Shown here: positions 36,436 through 55,078 of the stretch, piece by piece
How the letters are laid out: each line of letters starts with the position of its first letter
Numbering within the stretch: position 1 is the first letter of the stretch
NCBI RefSeq assembly: GCF_009914755.1
Contig: NC_060927.1
Length of the DNA stretch: 64,000 bases
Reading direction: 5' to 3' (one strand)
From: the human T2T-CHM13v2.0 reference genome, Homo sapiens
The notes under the pieces: model-generated
What the model saw: only the letters and a program-made list of their open reading frames with translations
Databases searched by the model: none
What the model was told of the DNA's origin: nothing
Made by a program: the position numbers and the translations under genes

Positions 36436-39422
<2,987 letters not shown>

Positions 39423-39897
39423 CTAACAGCTCTTAAAAGTAAATTTACTGAAGTTCAGGATGTTTCATAAATTATCTATAAATTGTATCTTGATTCTGCA
39501 ATCAATAAAAATAGCTTCTGTAGGTGAGAAGTTAAATGGCGAGAATATTCAGGTTCCTTCTAAATGTGGTTTTGAATAACATTTACAAATTATTTCTGCT
39601 ATACCTTTAATCTCAGTTGTTGGAGGGGTGACGTTTAGGATCTGCACCAGGACTTTGCAAAGACTGTCCATGTGATGGCTTTGGACAGCCACCCCGCCTG
39701 GTGCCATCAGTCCTGAGGTCCTCTGGCAGTCCAGGTGAGTTCCTACCCCCCTTAGACAAGTAAATGGGCAAATATAAAAGCAGGAAATGAGCTCCCTGAG
39801 GGCAGGAGCTGTGTTATTCATTGTTGTATATCTAGAACCTGGGGAAGTGGCTGGCACTTTGTGGACACTACTTAGTGAGTCTCAGAGTCTGAGAGTA

Positions 39898-41104
39898 CAG
39901 TCACACATTGTTTAACTACAGGGATATGTTCTGAGAAATGCATCATTAGGTGATCTCATTGCTGTGCAAACGTCATGTAGTATACTTATACAAACCCAGA
40001 TCATATGGCCTACTACACAATTTAGGCTATATGGTGTAGTCTATTGCTTCTAGGCTATAAATCCAGACAGCATGTAACTGTGCTGAATATTGTGGGCAAT
40101 TGTAACACAATGGGGAGTATTTGTATAACTCGCGTAGAAAAGATACAGTAAAAATATGATATAAAAGACAAAAAACGGTGCACCTATATAGGATTCTTAC
40201 CATAAATGGAGCTTGCAGACTGGAAGCTGAGTTCAGCTGTTAAGACTGGGTTAGTCAGTGAGTGAGCGGTGAGTGGATGGGCAGGCCTGGGATATTACTG
40301 TATGCTACTATAGACTTTATCAACACTGTACACCCAGACTACACTAAATTTATTTTAAAAGTTTTTCTTTCTTCAATAATAAATTAATCTTGGCTTACAG
40401 TCCCTTTTTTACCTATAAACTTAAATTTTTTTTGACATTTTTGACTCTTTTGTAATAACACTTAGCTTAAAACACAAACACACTGGATAGCTGGACAAGA
40501 ATATTTTCTTTCTTTATATACTTACTCTATATATTTTTTTCTATTTTCAAAACTATTTTTTGCTTTTCAAACTGCTTTGTTAAAAATTAAGACATAATCA
40601 CACACATTAGCCTAGGCCTAAACCGGGTCAGGATCATCAATATCACTGTCTCCCACCTCCACACCTTGTCCCATTAGAAGGTCTTCAAGGGCGATAACAC
40701 ACAGGGAGCTGTCATCCCTTATAACAATGCCTTCTTCTGAAATACCTCCTGAAGGACCTGCCTGAGGCAGTTTTATGATTAACTTTTTTGAAATAAGTAG
40801 AAGCATACTCTAAAATGGTGAAAAGTTTAGTATAGTAAATACATAAACCAGTAACATAGTCATTTATTATCAATATTAAGTATTACGTACTGTACACAAT
40901 TGTATACTTTTACACGACTGGCAGCATCATTTTGTTTATACCAGCATCACCACAGACATGTAAATAATGCATTGAGCTATGATGTTGCAACAGCTATGAC
41001 ATCATTAAGTGATAGAAATTCTTCAGCTCCATTATTATCTTATGAGACCACCGTTGTATATGTGGTCCACTGTTGCCCAAAATGTCATGATGTGGTCCAC
41101 TATA
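39898..41104 (+). mobile_element. Tigger3b-like DNA transposon, near full length
   Basis: Starts cagtcacacattgtttaactacagggatatgttctgagaaatgcatcattagg; ends ...gagaccaccgttgtatatgtggtccactgttgcccaaaatgtcat. Confidence 0.8.
40863..40868 (-). terminator. Candidate DRD3 polyadenylation signal AATAAA
   Basis: First canonical AATAAA I find downstream of the DRD3 stop on the minus strand, followed by T/GT-rich sequence. Confidence 0.55.
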
Positions 41105-41975
41105 TTGGGTCCCTGTTAAGCAGAAATGGAGATGCCCTGGGTAGGAAAATTTGGTAGTGTTATGAAAAGCATATCTAAGGTATGTTCTGAACCATAAGTT
41201 TCAACAGTGAAACTACAATGGGATGTGTCATTCCGTCTTCAGAAAATATCCCCATCTTGAATGATTCTGGAAGTTGAGACTCTGAGATTTCCTCTAGAGA
41301 GTAAAGGAATGGAATCAGAAAGCCTTCTTAGCTAAAGCTAAAATACAAGGGTAGCAAAGTTTGAAATGAAGCCCCCATCCCAATGTGGGACAGTGTTTCT
41401 CTTGGTGTGAGAAATTCACCTCACCAAATGTAGCCCATCGGATTCTACAGAGAGGTAGAAGCACTGGCCTTGCCATTCACAGTTCCAGATACAGTGAAGG
41501 AAAGAAATGACCAAGAGGAACGGGCCCGTAAAAGTACAAGGTTAGCCTGACAGTTAATTAGAGGTTTGAAGGAAGACAGACTGGCTGTTCTAGAAGGTGG
41601 TTTACTGGCTGATTTCAAGGACCCCTGCAAGTTGAGAATGATGAGATCTGTTCATTTTCCTTCAGTGTAATGAATCATGCCTCTGATGACAATTTAGTGT
41701 GAGTCATGTTTTATCAGCTTCTTTCTGAATTATTGCTTATCACTTGGAAGCTCCCCAGTCATTTGAAGATTGTCAGAATGAAGTCAGATTTTAGCTGGGG
41801 AGGTAGAATATTCTGTTTTGGAGGACACATCTGGTTATACCTGACAAGCAGGGACATCCTGGCTCCAGGAATCTTCTTCCTACTGCATGCCGGAGGACAC
41901 TGCACAGTCTTTCTGAGTGGGCCAACAGCCTGGCAGCTAGAAATGGGTACAAAGAGTGTTCCCTCTTCTGCTCCC

Positions 41976-42172
41976 TCAGCAAGACAGGATCTTGAGGAAG
42001 GCTTTCCGGAACTCGATATTGAAGGTGGTATAGATCACAGGGTTGAGGGCGCTATTCACGTAGCCCAGCCATGTCGTGGCACTGTAAAGCTCTGGGGACA
42101 CGTGGCATGTCTGGCAGTGGGTATTGAGAACATGGGTCAAGAAGAAGGGCAGCCAGCAGACAATGAAGGCCC
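41976..42172 (-). CDS. DRD3: Dopamine D3 receptor, last coding exon (TM6, TM7, C-tail), 197 nt including TGA
   Basis: caacttag|GG GCC TTC; (G)[64 protein letters not shown]; CWxP and NPxxY motifs, terminal Cys. Confidence 0.98.
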
Positions 42173-42256
42173 CTAAGTTGCCAAATAAGAGAGAAACTGG
42201 GTAAGGGATTTGCTTACTCCTTTTGTTATAACATGAGAATGACTCACGGTTGTCTA

Positions 42257-43982
<1,726 letters not shown>

Positions 43983-44377
43983 TAAAGTAATCTAGATTTT
44001 ATCATACCATATCACAATAGTGTTTTGCATTCTTATTTTTATCACTTAATATTTTAAATAACTAAGCATTTGTTAAATATCCAATATGTACCAGACAGTT
44101 TTATTGAATCATTATCTTACTTATTGTTTGATTTATGTGTTGTAGCTCCATATAATGGACAGCGCAGTTAAGTGGCTTGTTCAGCTTCATAAATTTCAGC
44201 CTAGGTCTTTTGAATTTCCACCAGAGTTAGCATTTATACACAAATACTTTTCAATTATATTGTGAACATTTGATAAGTATTACTGTCATCAAATTTCCGA
44301 TAGCATCTTCTACCAGCTCCACTTAACTTAACACAACCTAACCCAACCCAACACAGCTCAAGCCAACCCAAACTTAC

Positions 44378-44660
44378 CAAGCACAATGGCCACCATTTGG
44401 GTTGCCTTCTTCTCCCGAAGTGGCACTCCCCGAGGTTGCAGGGGCCCCAGCTTCAAAGATGTCGATAATCTGCCATTGCTGAGTTTTCGAACTTCTAAGC
44501 TGAGCTTGGGCGCTATGGTGGGACTCAGGGAATTCCGAGTCTTCTCCTCTCTTTTCAACTCTCCTCCTCTTTCTTGGAAGCCTGGTCCACCCAAGGCAGT
44601 GTCCTGGCAGATGCTGTAGTAACGCTTCAGCTCCAGATGTGCCGGGTCAGGAGAGAGGGT
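44378..44660 (-). CDS. DRD3: Dopamine D3 receptor exon 6 (third intracellular loop to start of TM6), 283 nt
   Basis: cctgcag|ACC CTC...GTG CTT G|gtaagt; [20 protein letters not shown]...[15 protein letters not shown]; phase 0 to phase 1, matching the neighbouring exons. Confidence 0.97.
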
Positions 44661-44723
44661 CTGCAGGTGTGACAAGAGGGAATCTTGACATTTCTGGGGG
44701 TATTGTTTATCTTCTGAATGTTC
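44661..44723 (-). other. DRD3: Intact 63-nt in-frame 5' extension of DRD3 exon 6 from an upstream acceptor ([21 protein letters not shown])
   Basis: ttctctggccctttcag|GAA CAT TCA...; open for 21 codons; resembles the recalled rodent D3 sequence. Confidence 0.8.
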
Positions 44724-44870
44724 CTGAAAGGGCCAGAGAATTCAAAGAAGGAAGACGGCAACACAGTTGTGGGAAACCTACAAAGGGAACATCTGAGGGA
44801 GTGGTGGGACCATGAGAAGTTAAGGGAAATGAAATTTGCTTTAGACTTTACAACTAAAAAGCACCCACCA

Positions 44871-45843
44871 TATCATCAGAGTGAACAGGCAGCCTACAGA
44901 ACGGGAGAAAATTTTTGCAATCTATCCATCTGACAAAGGTCTAATATCCAGAATCTACAAGAAACTTAAACAAATTTACAAGAAAATAACCCCATTAAAA
45001 AGTGGGCAAAGGATATGAATAGACACTTCTCAAAAGAAGACATTTATGCAGCCAACAAACATATAAAAGAAAGCTTGTCATCACTGGTCATTAGAGAAAT
45101 GCAATCAAAATGACAATGAGATAACATCTCAGGCCAGTTAGAATGGCAATCATTAAAAAGTCTGGAAAACAACAGATGTTGGTGAGGATGAGAATAGGCA
45201 CGCTTTTACACTGTTGGTGGGAGTGTAAGTTAGTTCAACCATTGTGGAAGACTGTGGCGATTCCTCATGGATCTAGAACCAGAAATACCATTTGACCCAG
45301 CAATCCCATTACTGGGTATATATCCAAAAGATTATAAATCATTCTACTGTAAAGACACATACACATGTATGTTTACTGCAGCAATATTTACAATAGCAAA
45401 GACTTGGAACCAAGTGAAATGCCCATCAATGATAGACTGTATAAAGAAAATGTGACACATATACACTATAGAATACTATGCAGCCATAAAAAAGAATGAG
45501 TTCATATCTTTTGCAGGGACATGGATGAAGCTGGAAACCATCATCCTCAGCAAACTAACATAGGAAGAGAAAACCAAACACCACATGTTCTCACTCATAA
45601 GTGGGAGCTGAACGGTGAGAACACATGGACAAAGGGAGGGGAACATCACACACCAGGGCCTGTCAAGGGATGGGGGGCAAGGGGAGGAAGAGCATTAGGA
45701 CAAATACCTAATCCATGCAGAGCTTAAAACCTAGATGATAGGTTGATAGATTCAGCAAACCACAATGGCACATGTATACCTATGTAACAAACCTGCACGT
45801 TCAGCACACGTACCCCAGAACTTAAAGTAAAAAAAAAAAAAAA
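44871..45843 (+). mobile_element. 5'-truncated L1PA (ORF2 end, 3'UTR, polyA)
   Basis: DLEPEIPFDPAIPLLGIYPKDYKS L1 ORF2 motif; L1 3'UTR; TSD core gcacccacca at 44861-44870 and 45847-45856. Confidence 0.92.
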
Positions 45844-46200
45844 GCAGCACCCACCACATATAGAACATTTGATAATCACAACAACCTCTTGAGCAGGGTA
45901 GCACAGAATTGTAGTCCGGCCTTTTTGAGTTAGAATGACCTGGTGATACAGAGAAACACATTAAGTGACACCACTATGACATAAGCCCCGAAATGTGGAG
46001 TGTGGGAAACTCCACAAGACAAATGACTCAGTTTCTTCAACAAATAAATTTTAACAACAACAATGACAATACTTACCAGTTGCAAAATATGTGCCTTATT
46101 TGAATTTTGATTCAAACAAACCAACTGTAAAATAATTTACAAGACAATTGGGGAAATTTGAACATCAATTGGACATTTAATGATATTAGAAAACTATTAA

Positions 46201-46548
<348 letters not shown>

Positions 46549-46883
46549 CAACAGTCTGTATTCTTTAGAGGATCTTGCAGAAATATTTTGGGTTGAAATA
46601 ATACGGTGTTTAGTATTTGCTTCATAGCAATCCAGTGGGGATGTGTGAACGTAGGTGGGATTGTAGATGAAATAAGACTGACCACGAATTGATCACGACT
46701 GAGGCTGCCTGATGGCTACTGGGGGGTTGTTATATTTGTCTACTTTTTTATTTTTGAAAACTTCCATAATAGAAATTAAAAAAAAAAAAAAGAAAACCCA
46801 GGATTTTCTTCTCAGCTCTCTTACTTAGTAGATGTATCTTTAGGCAAGTTAATTTAATATCTCTGAGCTTCCTTTGTAAAACA

Positions 46884-46995
46884 GAAAAGAAATAGGGAAA
46901 AATGGGTTTGGGATGAGTAGCCTCTGAGAATGGAAAACTGAAAAGAAATAGGGAAAAATGGGTTTGGGATGAGTAGCCTCTGAGAATGGAATACT
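46884..46995. repeat. 56-bp tandem duplication (2 copies, 1 mismatch)
   Basis: gaaaagaaatagggaaaaatgggtttgggatgagtagcctctgagaatggaa(a/t)act at 46884-46939 and 46940-46995. Confidence 0.95.
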
Positions 46996-47572
46996 GAAAT
47001 ATGTTAACTTTTCTGGTATGGAGGGGGAGGTGTGTGTGTGCCCAACTTGAACTTCTTTTCATGTTTGAAGAATCAGACTATTGTGTCAGTCTTGAACAGG
47101 AGGCAGAACTCAACTCTTCAACTCCCATTACTGATGCCATAAAAGCCAGATATTCACTTCATACCTCCATTCCCATGCAGCTAGAGCTCAGGCACATGCA
47201 CAAAGCCCAGTCAATTGCAGATTCACACCTGAGACTTTGAACTGGAACTTGTGAAGCAGGGAGACTTCAGAACTCCTCTAGTAGTGGTGGCATTCAATGT
47301 CCAGTGTGTTAGGTTTTCTAACTAGATTATTTCTTAGGCATGAATAGCATCTTTCTGAAGCTGTTCTTCAGCCTTCTCATTGAGCCTGTGAGCCACCTGA
47401 CAGCTTTCCAGTAAATTTGTTTTCTACGTAAGTTATTCAGTGTCAGCAACAAAAACCCCTCGCTTTGGTTTCCTTAGTTCAAGGAAGCAGTCTTCTAGGT
47501 ACACAGAACTGGCACATTGTACATACTCAGAATGAATGAATGAATGCAAGCGGTCTTCAAGACTATTTAGTG

Positions 47573-48982
<1,410 letters not shown>

Positions 48983-50230
48983 CCAAGATTATGTTTACAA
49001 TTAAACTGGCACCTACTGATCTTCTTAAAGTGACAATATTTGACTTCTAACGCATTATTTCTAAAACTAGGGGATGGGAAACAAATTCTTGGGATTGCCT
49101 AAGAAATCTCATATTAGCTGGGTGCAGCCCAAGAGTTCAAGGCTGCCATGAGCTGTGATCACACCACTGCACTCCAGCCTGGGGAACAGAGTGAGACTCT
49201 GTCTCAAAAACAAAAACAAAAACAAAAAAACCTCATATTTGAAAACATTGATCTAGTATACCCTGTTTCCATTTTACAGATATGGAAATTCAGTCCTATA
49301 GTAGGAAAATGATTCTTCCAAGATTATATATTGGTGAGTGTATTTTTCAGCTCTGTCTGCAAAACCTGATCACTACTTCCATGACTGACATGAGGAAACA
49401 CTGGATTCCTCTGGGTCTGGCTGGCAGAGCCCTCCACTCCCAGATGGCAGGACAGAACCTAATTCTCCACACTCTTGGAAATGCCAGTCTCTTGGCTGTC
49501 TGATCTCTCTTTTGTATTCAATATTTTTCCTCCTCTTGGCCTTGAAGCCTCCTTAGACCTTGGATCAGCCATAGGCAACTTTGAGCTGCATAGCTATTAT
49601 CGTTTAAAATGATTATCTCCAATTACCACACCAGGCCTGTGTAGAAAGTCATTAACTATACTGAGATTGAACAAAGCTCAGACCTTAATTATTACAAATT
49701 TTTGAAGTTTTATTTCTAATGTGGAATTCAGAGAGGAATACTGTTCTCATATCTAACACCTCCAGACTCCACTCTGCACTCTGCTAGCTGGGCGAGGCAG
49801 GCCTGGCTTGAATTGGAAGAACAAGGCTAATGGTGACCATGAAGTTGTCTTGGTTTTTCCCACATTCAGTGGTAAATATGGCACTTGAAATTTTCCTTTC
49901 TCTGCCTGGTTTTTGCTCTGTCCATGTGTGTTCCCTTGACATCTGTTTCCTCTAATGCAGGTGGCCTTGGATGGCATTGTCACACCGTGTGCAAGAGTCA
50001 TTGGCTCCAGTCACTAAGGTCAAGTCCAATAGTCATATGCTTTCTCAATATCTTCTGATGAATTCTATTCTGAAGCTTAAATTAGGAAGAATTTCAGATC
50101 TTGTCTTATAGATATATGTGTGGGAATCAGGGTAAGGTTTCATTCTGGGGTGAGAGTAGAATCAAGATAAGCCAGTATTGTGGGAAAAGGTCTCTTATTC
50201 TTTCTCTATGATCAGACATGGCCCACTTAC

Positions 50231-50308
50231 CATTTTTCCTGTGGCATGTGATGGAAATCAGGCCCTTACTGACAACTGCTGAATGGGGTGCAGGTGCAGA
50301 CAAGAAGA
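50231..50308 (-). pseudogene. DRD3: Vestigial or poison 78-nt DRD3 exon (SSCLHLHPIQQLSVRA*FPSHATGKM) in intron 5
   Basis: CTAAC branch site 50341-50337; ccttcttctacaccccctgcccag| acceptor; ATG|gtaagt donor; phase 0/0; TGA at 50258-50260; resembles the recalled rat D3 loop. Confidence 0.85.
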
Positions 50309-50562
50309 CTGGGCAGGGGGTGTAGAAGAAGGAACAGTTAGTTGTGGGTCTAGCCATGTCATTGATAGCCATGGGACATGATAATATTTTGAATGCAATA
50401 CTTTCATATCCTCAGCCTTGGGTCTTGATCTCCTCTTTCATGGGGATTAATAGTCTTGTTTCACTCAAGCCTTGGGACTTCAACTTAAGAGTCTGACCTT
50501 CATTCATACTTTTGACATCATCAAAGACCTTAACAGGTCATCAGAGATAATGTAGGTCATCA

Positions 50563-51251
<689 letters not shown>

Positions 51252-51280
51252 TTACTCTGTCTATGGAGCCCTTTCCTGAG

Positions 51281-51637
51281 TGTATTAGCCTGTTTTCATG
51301 CTGCTAATAAAGACATACCTGAGACTGGGTAATTTATAAAGAAAAAGAAGTTTAATGGATTCACAGTTCCATGTGGCTGGGGAGGCCTCACAATCATGGT
51401 GGAAGGTGAAAGGCACGTCTTACATGGCAGCAGACAAGAGAAAATTTGTGCAGGGAAACTCCCCCTCATAAAACCATCAGATCTCGTGAGACTTATTCAC
51501 TATCATGAGAACAGCAAGGGAAAGACCCACCCCCATCATTCAGTTACCTCCCACTGGGTCCCTCCCATGACACATGGGAATTGTGGGAGCTACAATTCAA
51601 GATGAGATTTGGGTGGGGACACAGCCAAACCATATCA
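51281..51637 (-). mobile_element. Solo THE1 (THE1B-like) LTR
   Basis: Minus strand TGATATGGTTTGGCTGTGTCCCC...GCTAATACA; 5-bp TSD CTGAG at 51276-51280 and 51638-51642. Confidence 0.9.
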
Positions 51638-52491
51638 CTGAGCATATTGGGTTTTCTCTTCTATAACCTCCAGAGCACTTCATAATTGAGTGCTTAATTG
51701 TCTTCACCTCACATTTGGCAAACATCCTATTCAGCTCTGGGATCTTCATTAACATTGAGTGGAGGGGTGCTTTATTTGCTTTTCTAGATTCTAAGCTCCA
51801 TGAAGGCAGATGCTGTTTAATGTTACCACTGTCCCTTCCCTAGTAGATTTCAAGTGATCGGTATATATCCATTCATGCTTCAAGTACATCGTGGGAAAAC
51901 TACTAAGTGCCAGGCAATGGGGTAAGGAGAAATTAAAGCCCTAGCAATTAGAAGATCATTGCAGAGGCAATGACATTTCTTTTCAGAGCCTAGAAAGATC
52001 CAATAAAATGCTTTATCAGCACCCTATCCCACCAGCTTGTCAGTTCCTTGACACACGGACAGATCCAGTAAGGAAAAAAGGCTTTGATGGACCCCAGTGA
52101 TTCTTGGCATGAGTGGTTTAGACAAAAAGTCAGTTCTGGGAACCCACCAGCAGTGCAAGGTACAACTGCTGCACTTAAACTTCAAAACCTGTGGGACATC
52201 TGAGCTGCTGCCCATTTGGGGAAAATGAAAGACTTTGAAGGGAAGCAGAACAAGCCCAGGAGCTCTCCAATCACTTTGCCAGGTAAGGCAGGCTCTAGAG
52301 GCAACTATCAATGTTTTCTTGAGATTGGATTTCCTACCTTCAAAGCGCAGCCAAAATTAGCAGATTCCAAAGTCGGTGTCAGATTTGTGTCTCCAATTTA
52401 GCTAAACGGCAAAATCATGCACTGCTGGACACAGGCTGGGAAGTCAGGAGATTGGGTGTTGTCTTCCCTCTACCCCCTCCAGGGTACTTAC

Positions 52492-52688
52492 TTGTTGGGG
52501 GAAGCCAGGCCTGACACTGTTGCACTGACTGTTCTGTCGAGTGAGGATCCTTTTCCGTCTCCTTTGTTTCAGCACCACATAGATTCTGGCATAGACAAGG
52601 ACAGTCACTCCAAAGGGCAGGTAGAAGGACACCACTGAAGAGTAGATGACAAAATCAGGGTTGGAGATGGAGCAGACAGTGGGGTCCC
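52492..52688 (-). CDS. DRD3: Dopamine D3 receptor exon 5 (ECL2, TM5, start of ICL3), 197 nt
   Basis: ctcatccacag|GG GAC CCC...CAA CAA|gtaagt; (G)[65 protein letters not shown]; TM5 catechol-binding serines. Confidence 0.98.
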
Positions 52689-54022
52689 CTGTGGATGAGA
52701 AGGGGGAAGGTAAAGCAGTTAGCAAGTATCAGAACTCAGTAAGGAGCATAAAACACGGCTCCATGTCACGTGTGGTGCCTGCACTTTCTGCTGCACAGGG
52801 GGTGGGAAGGATGCAGTCTCAGATACGTATACTGTCAGGTCCTTGAGGGTAGAAGGTCTAATTCATCTTTGAGTTTCTTACAGCTTGCTTAAAATAAAAA
52901 GTTACCAACAATCATACGCCAGACACTGGGGCTACAAAGATGAATGAGACACCATGTCTTCTCTCAAGGGAGCAAACAGTCTAGATAGACAGATGATCCC
53001 TTTCATAGGATGTCACAAGTGTCACACAGAGACATGCAGCCTGGGAGGCTGGGGAGAGCATTACAGGGCAACAGGGCAGAGGCTCCCAGGAGGGATGCAG
53101 CCCTCAGAAAAGGGCCTGCTGGTGCGGAGGCATTGGAGAATTGTTTGAATGCAATGAAAGGAAGAAGCCTTATTTGCTGAGAATGCCAGTTCTCCAATTT
53201 TGAATCTGGGATGGAGGGCAGATGGCGGCTGAATACAAGACAGAGATTTGATTTTTCAGGGAATCCCAGCACTTGTCAGAGGTGGGATGGGAAAAAGGCA
53301 GGTAATGATATTGTGACATGGAGAATGTGCACTTAGAAGGGTCCTTGTCCCTGCTTTATATCCTGAAATGTTCCTGCCATTTCTCCTTGGGAGGTCCCTC
53401 TAGCTTTGCCTTCTTCATAGCAGATGCTGAGATTCCTCCAAGGCCCAAGATGGGCCTGAAACGTGCCCCATCTTGAAAAAGAAAAGAAAAGCAAACTAAT
53501 ATCTGCCAGGCGATGAGCCAAGAGCTTTGTACCCCTTATCCCACCTAATAATTATGGCAACGTTATATGAGACAGGTGCCATTATTACTGTCTCTCTTTT
53601 CGGATGAGCAGATTAAAGCTCAGAGAGGTTCAGTAAGTAGCCCAAGGCTGCACCTGAAAAATATGTTCTTGCAGCCAGTTTTATGCCCAAGCCAATGTTC
53701 TTTCTATAATTTTAACTCCCCATCCCTCTTTACCATTGTGACATGGAACATCTGTGCTTCATCCAGCACTGTGAGCAACAACTGTTGGTACACCCGGCCA
53801 GTCTTCATAAAGGGTTGGGGATTCTCCAACCTCAAAGTTGGCCTTGGAAGATGAAGCCTCAGGTGTGGGCTGGTGGGGAGAGGGCAGTGGCCATGTAGGA
53901 CCCTTATTCTGCTTCTTGGTCTTCTGAGGTAGGTGGAAGCCAGAGAGCCTTCAGTGTGAGATTCAGGTCTGCTATTTATTAACTGTGTGATCTTGGACAC
54001 GTTTCTTTAATTAATCAATTAA

Positions 54023-55078
<1,056 letters not shown>

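Noticed and set aside
41706-42176. 156-aa plus-strand ORF
   Set aside because: Antisense shadow of the DRD3 last exon and UTR, with no independent coding features
44141-44165. Possible non-canonical REST/RE1 site (tgtagctcc-7nt-ggacagcgc)
   Set aside because: The left half-site has 3 mismatches, so a chance match is likely without ChIP data
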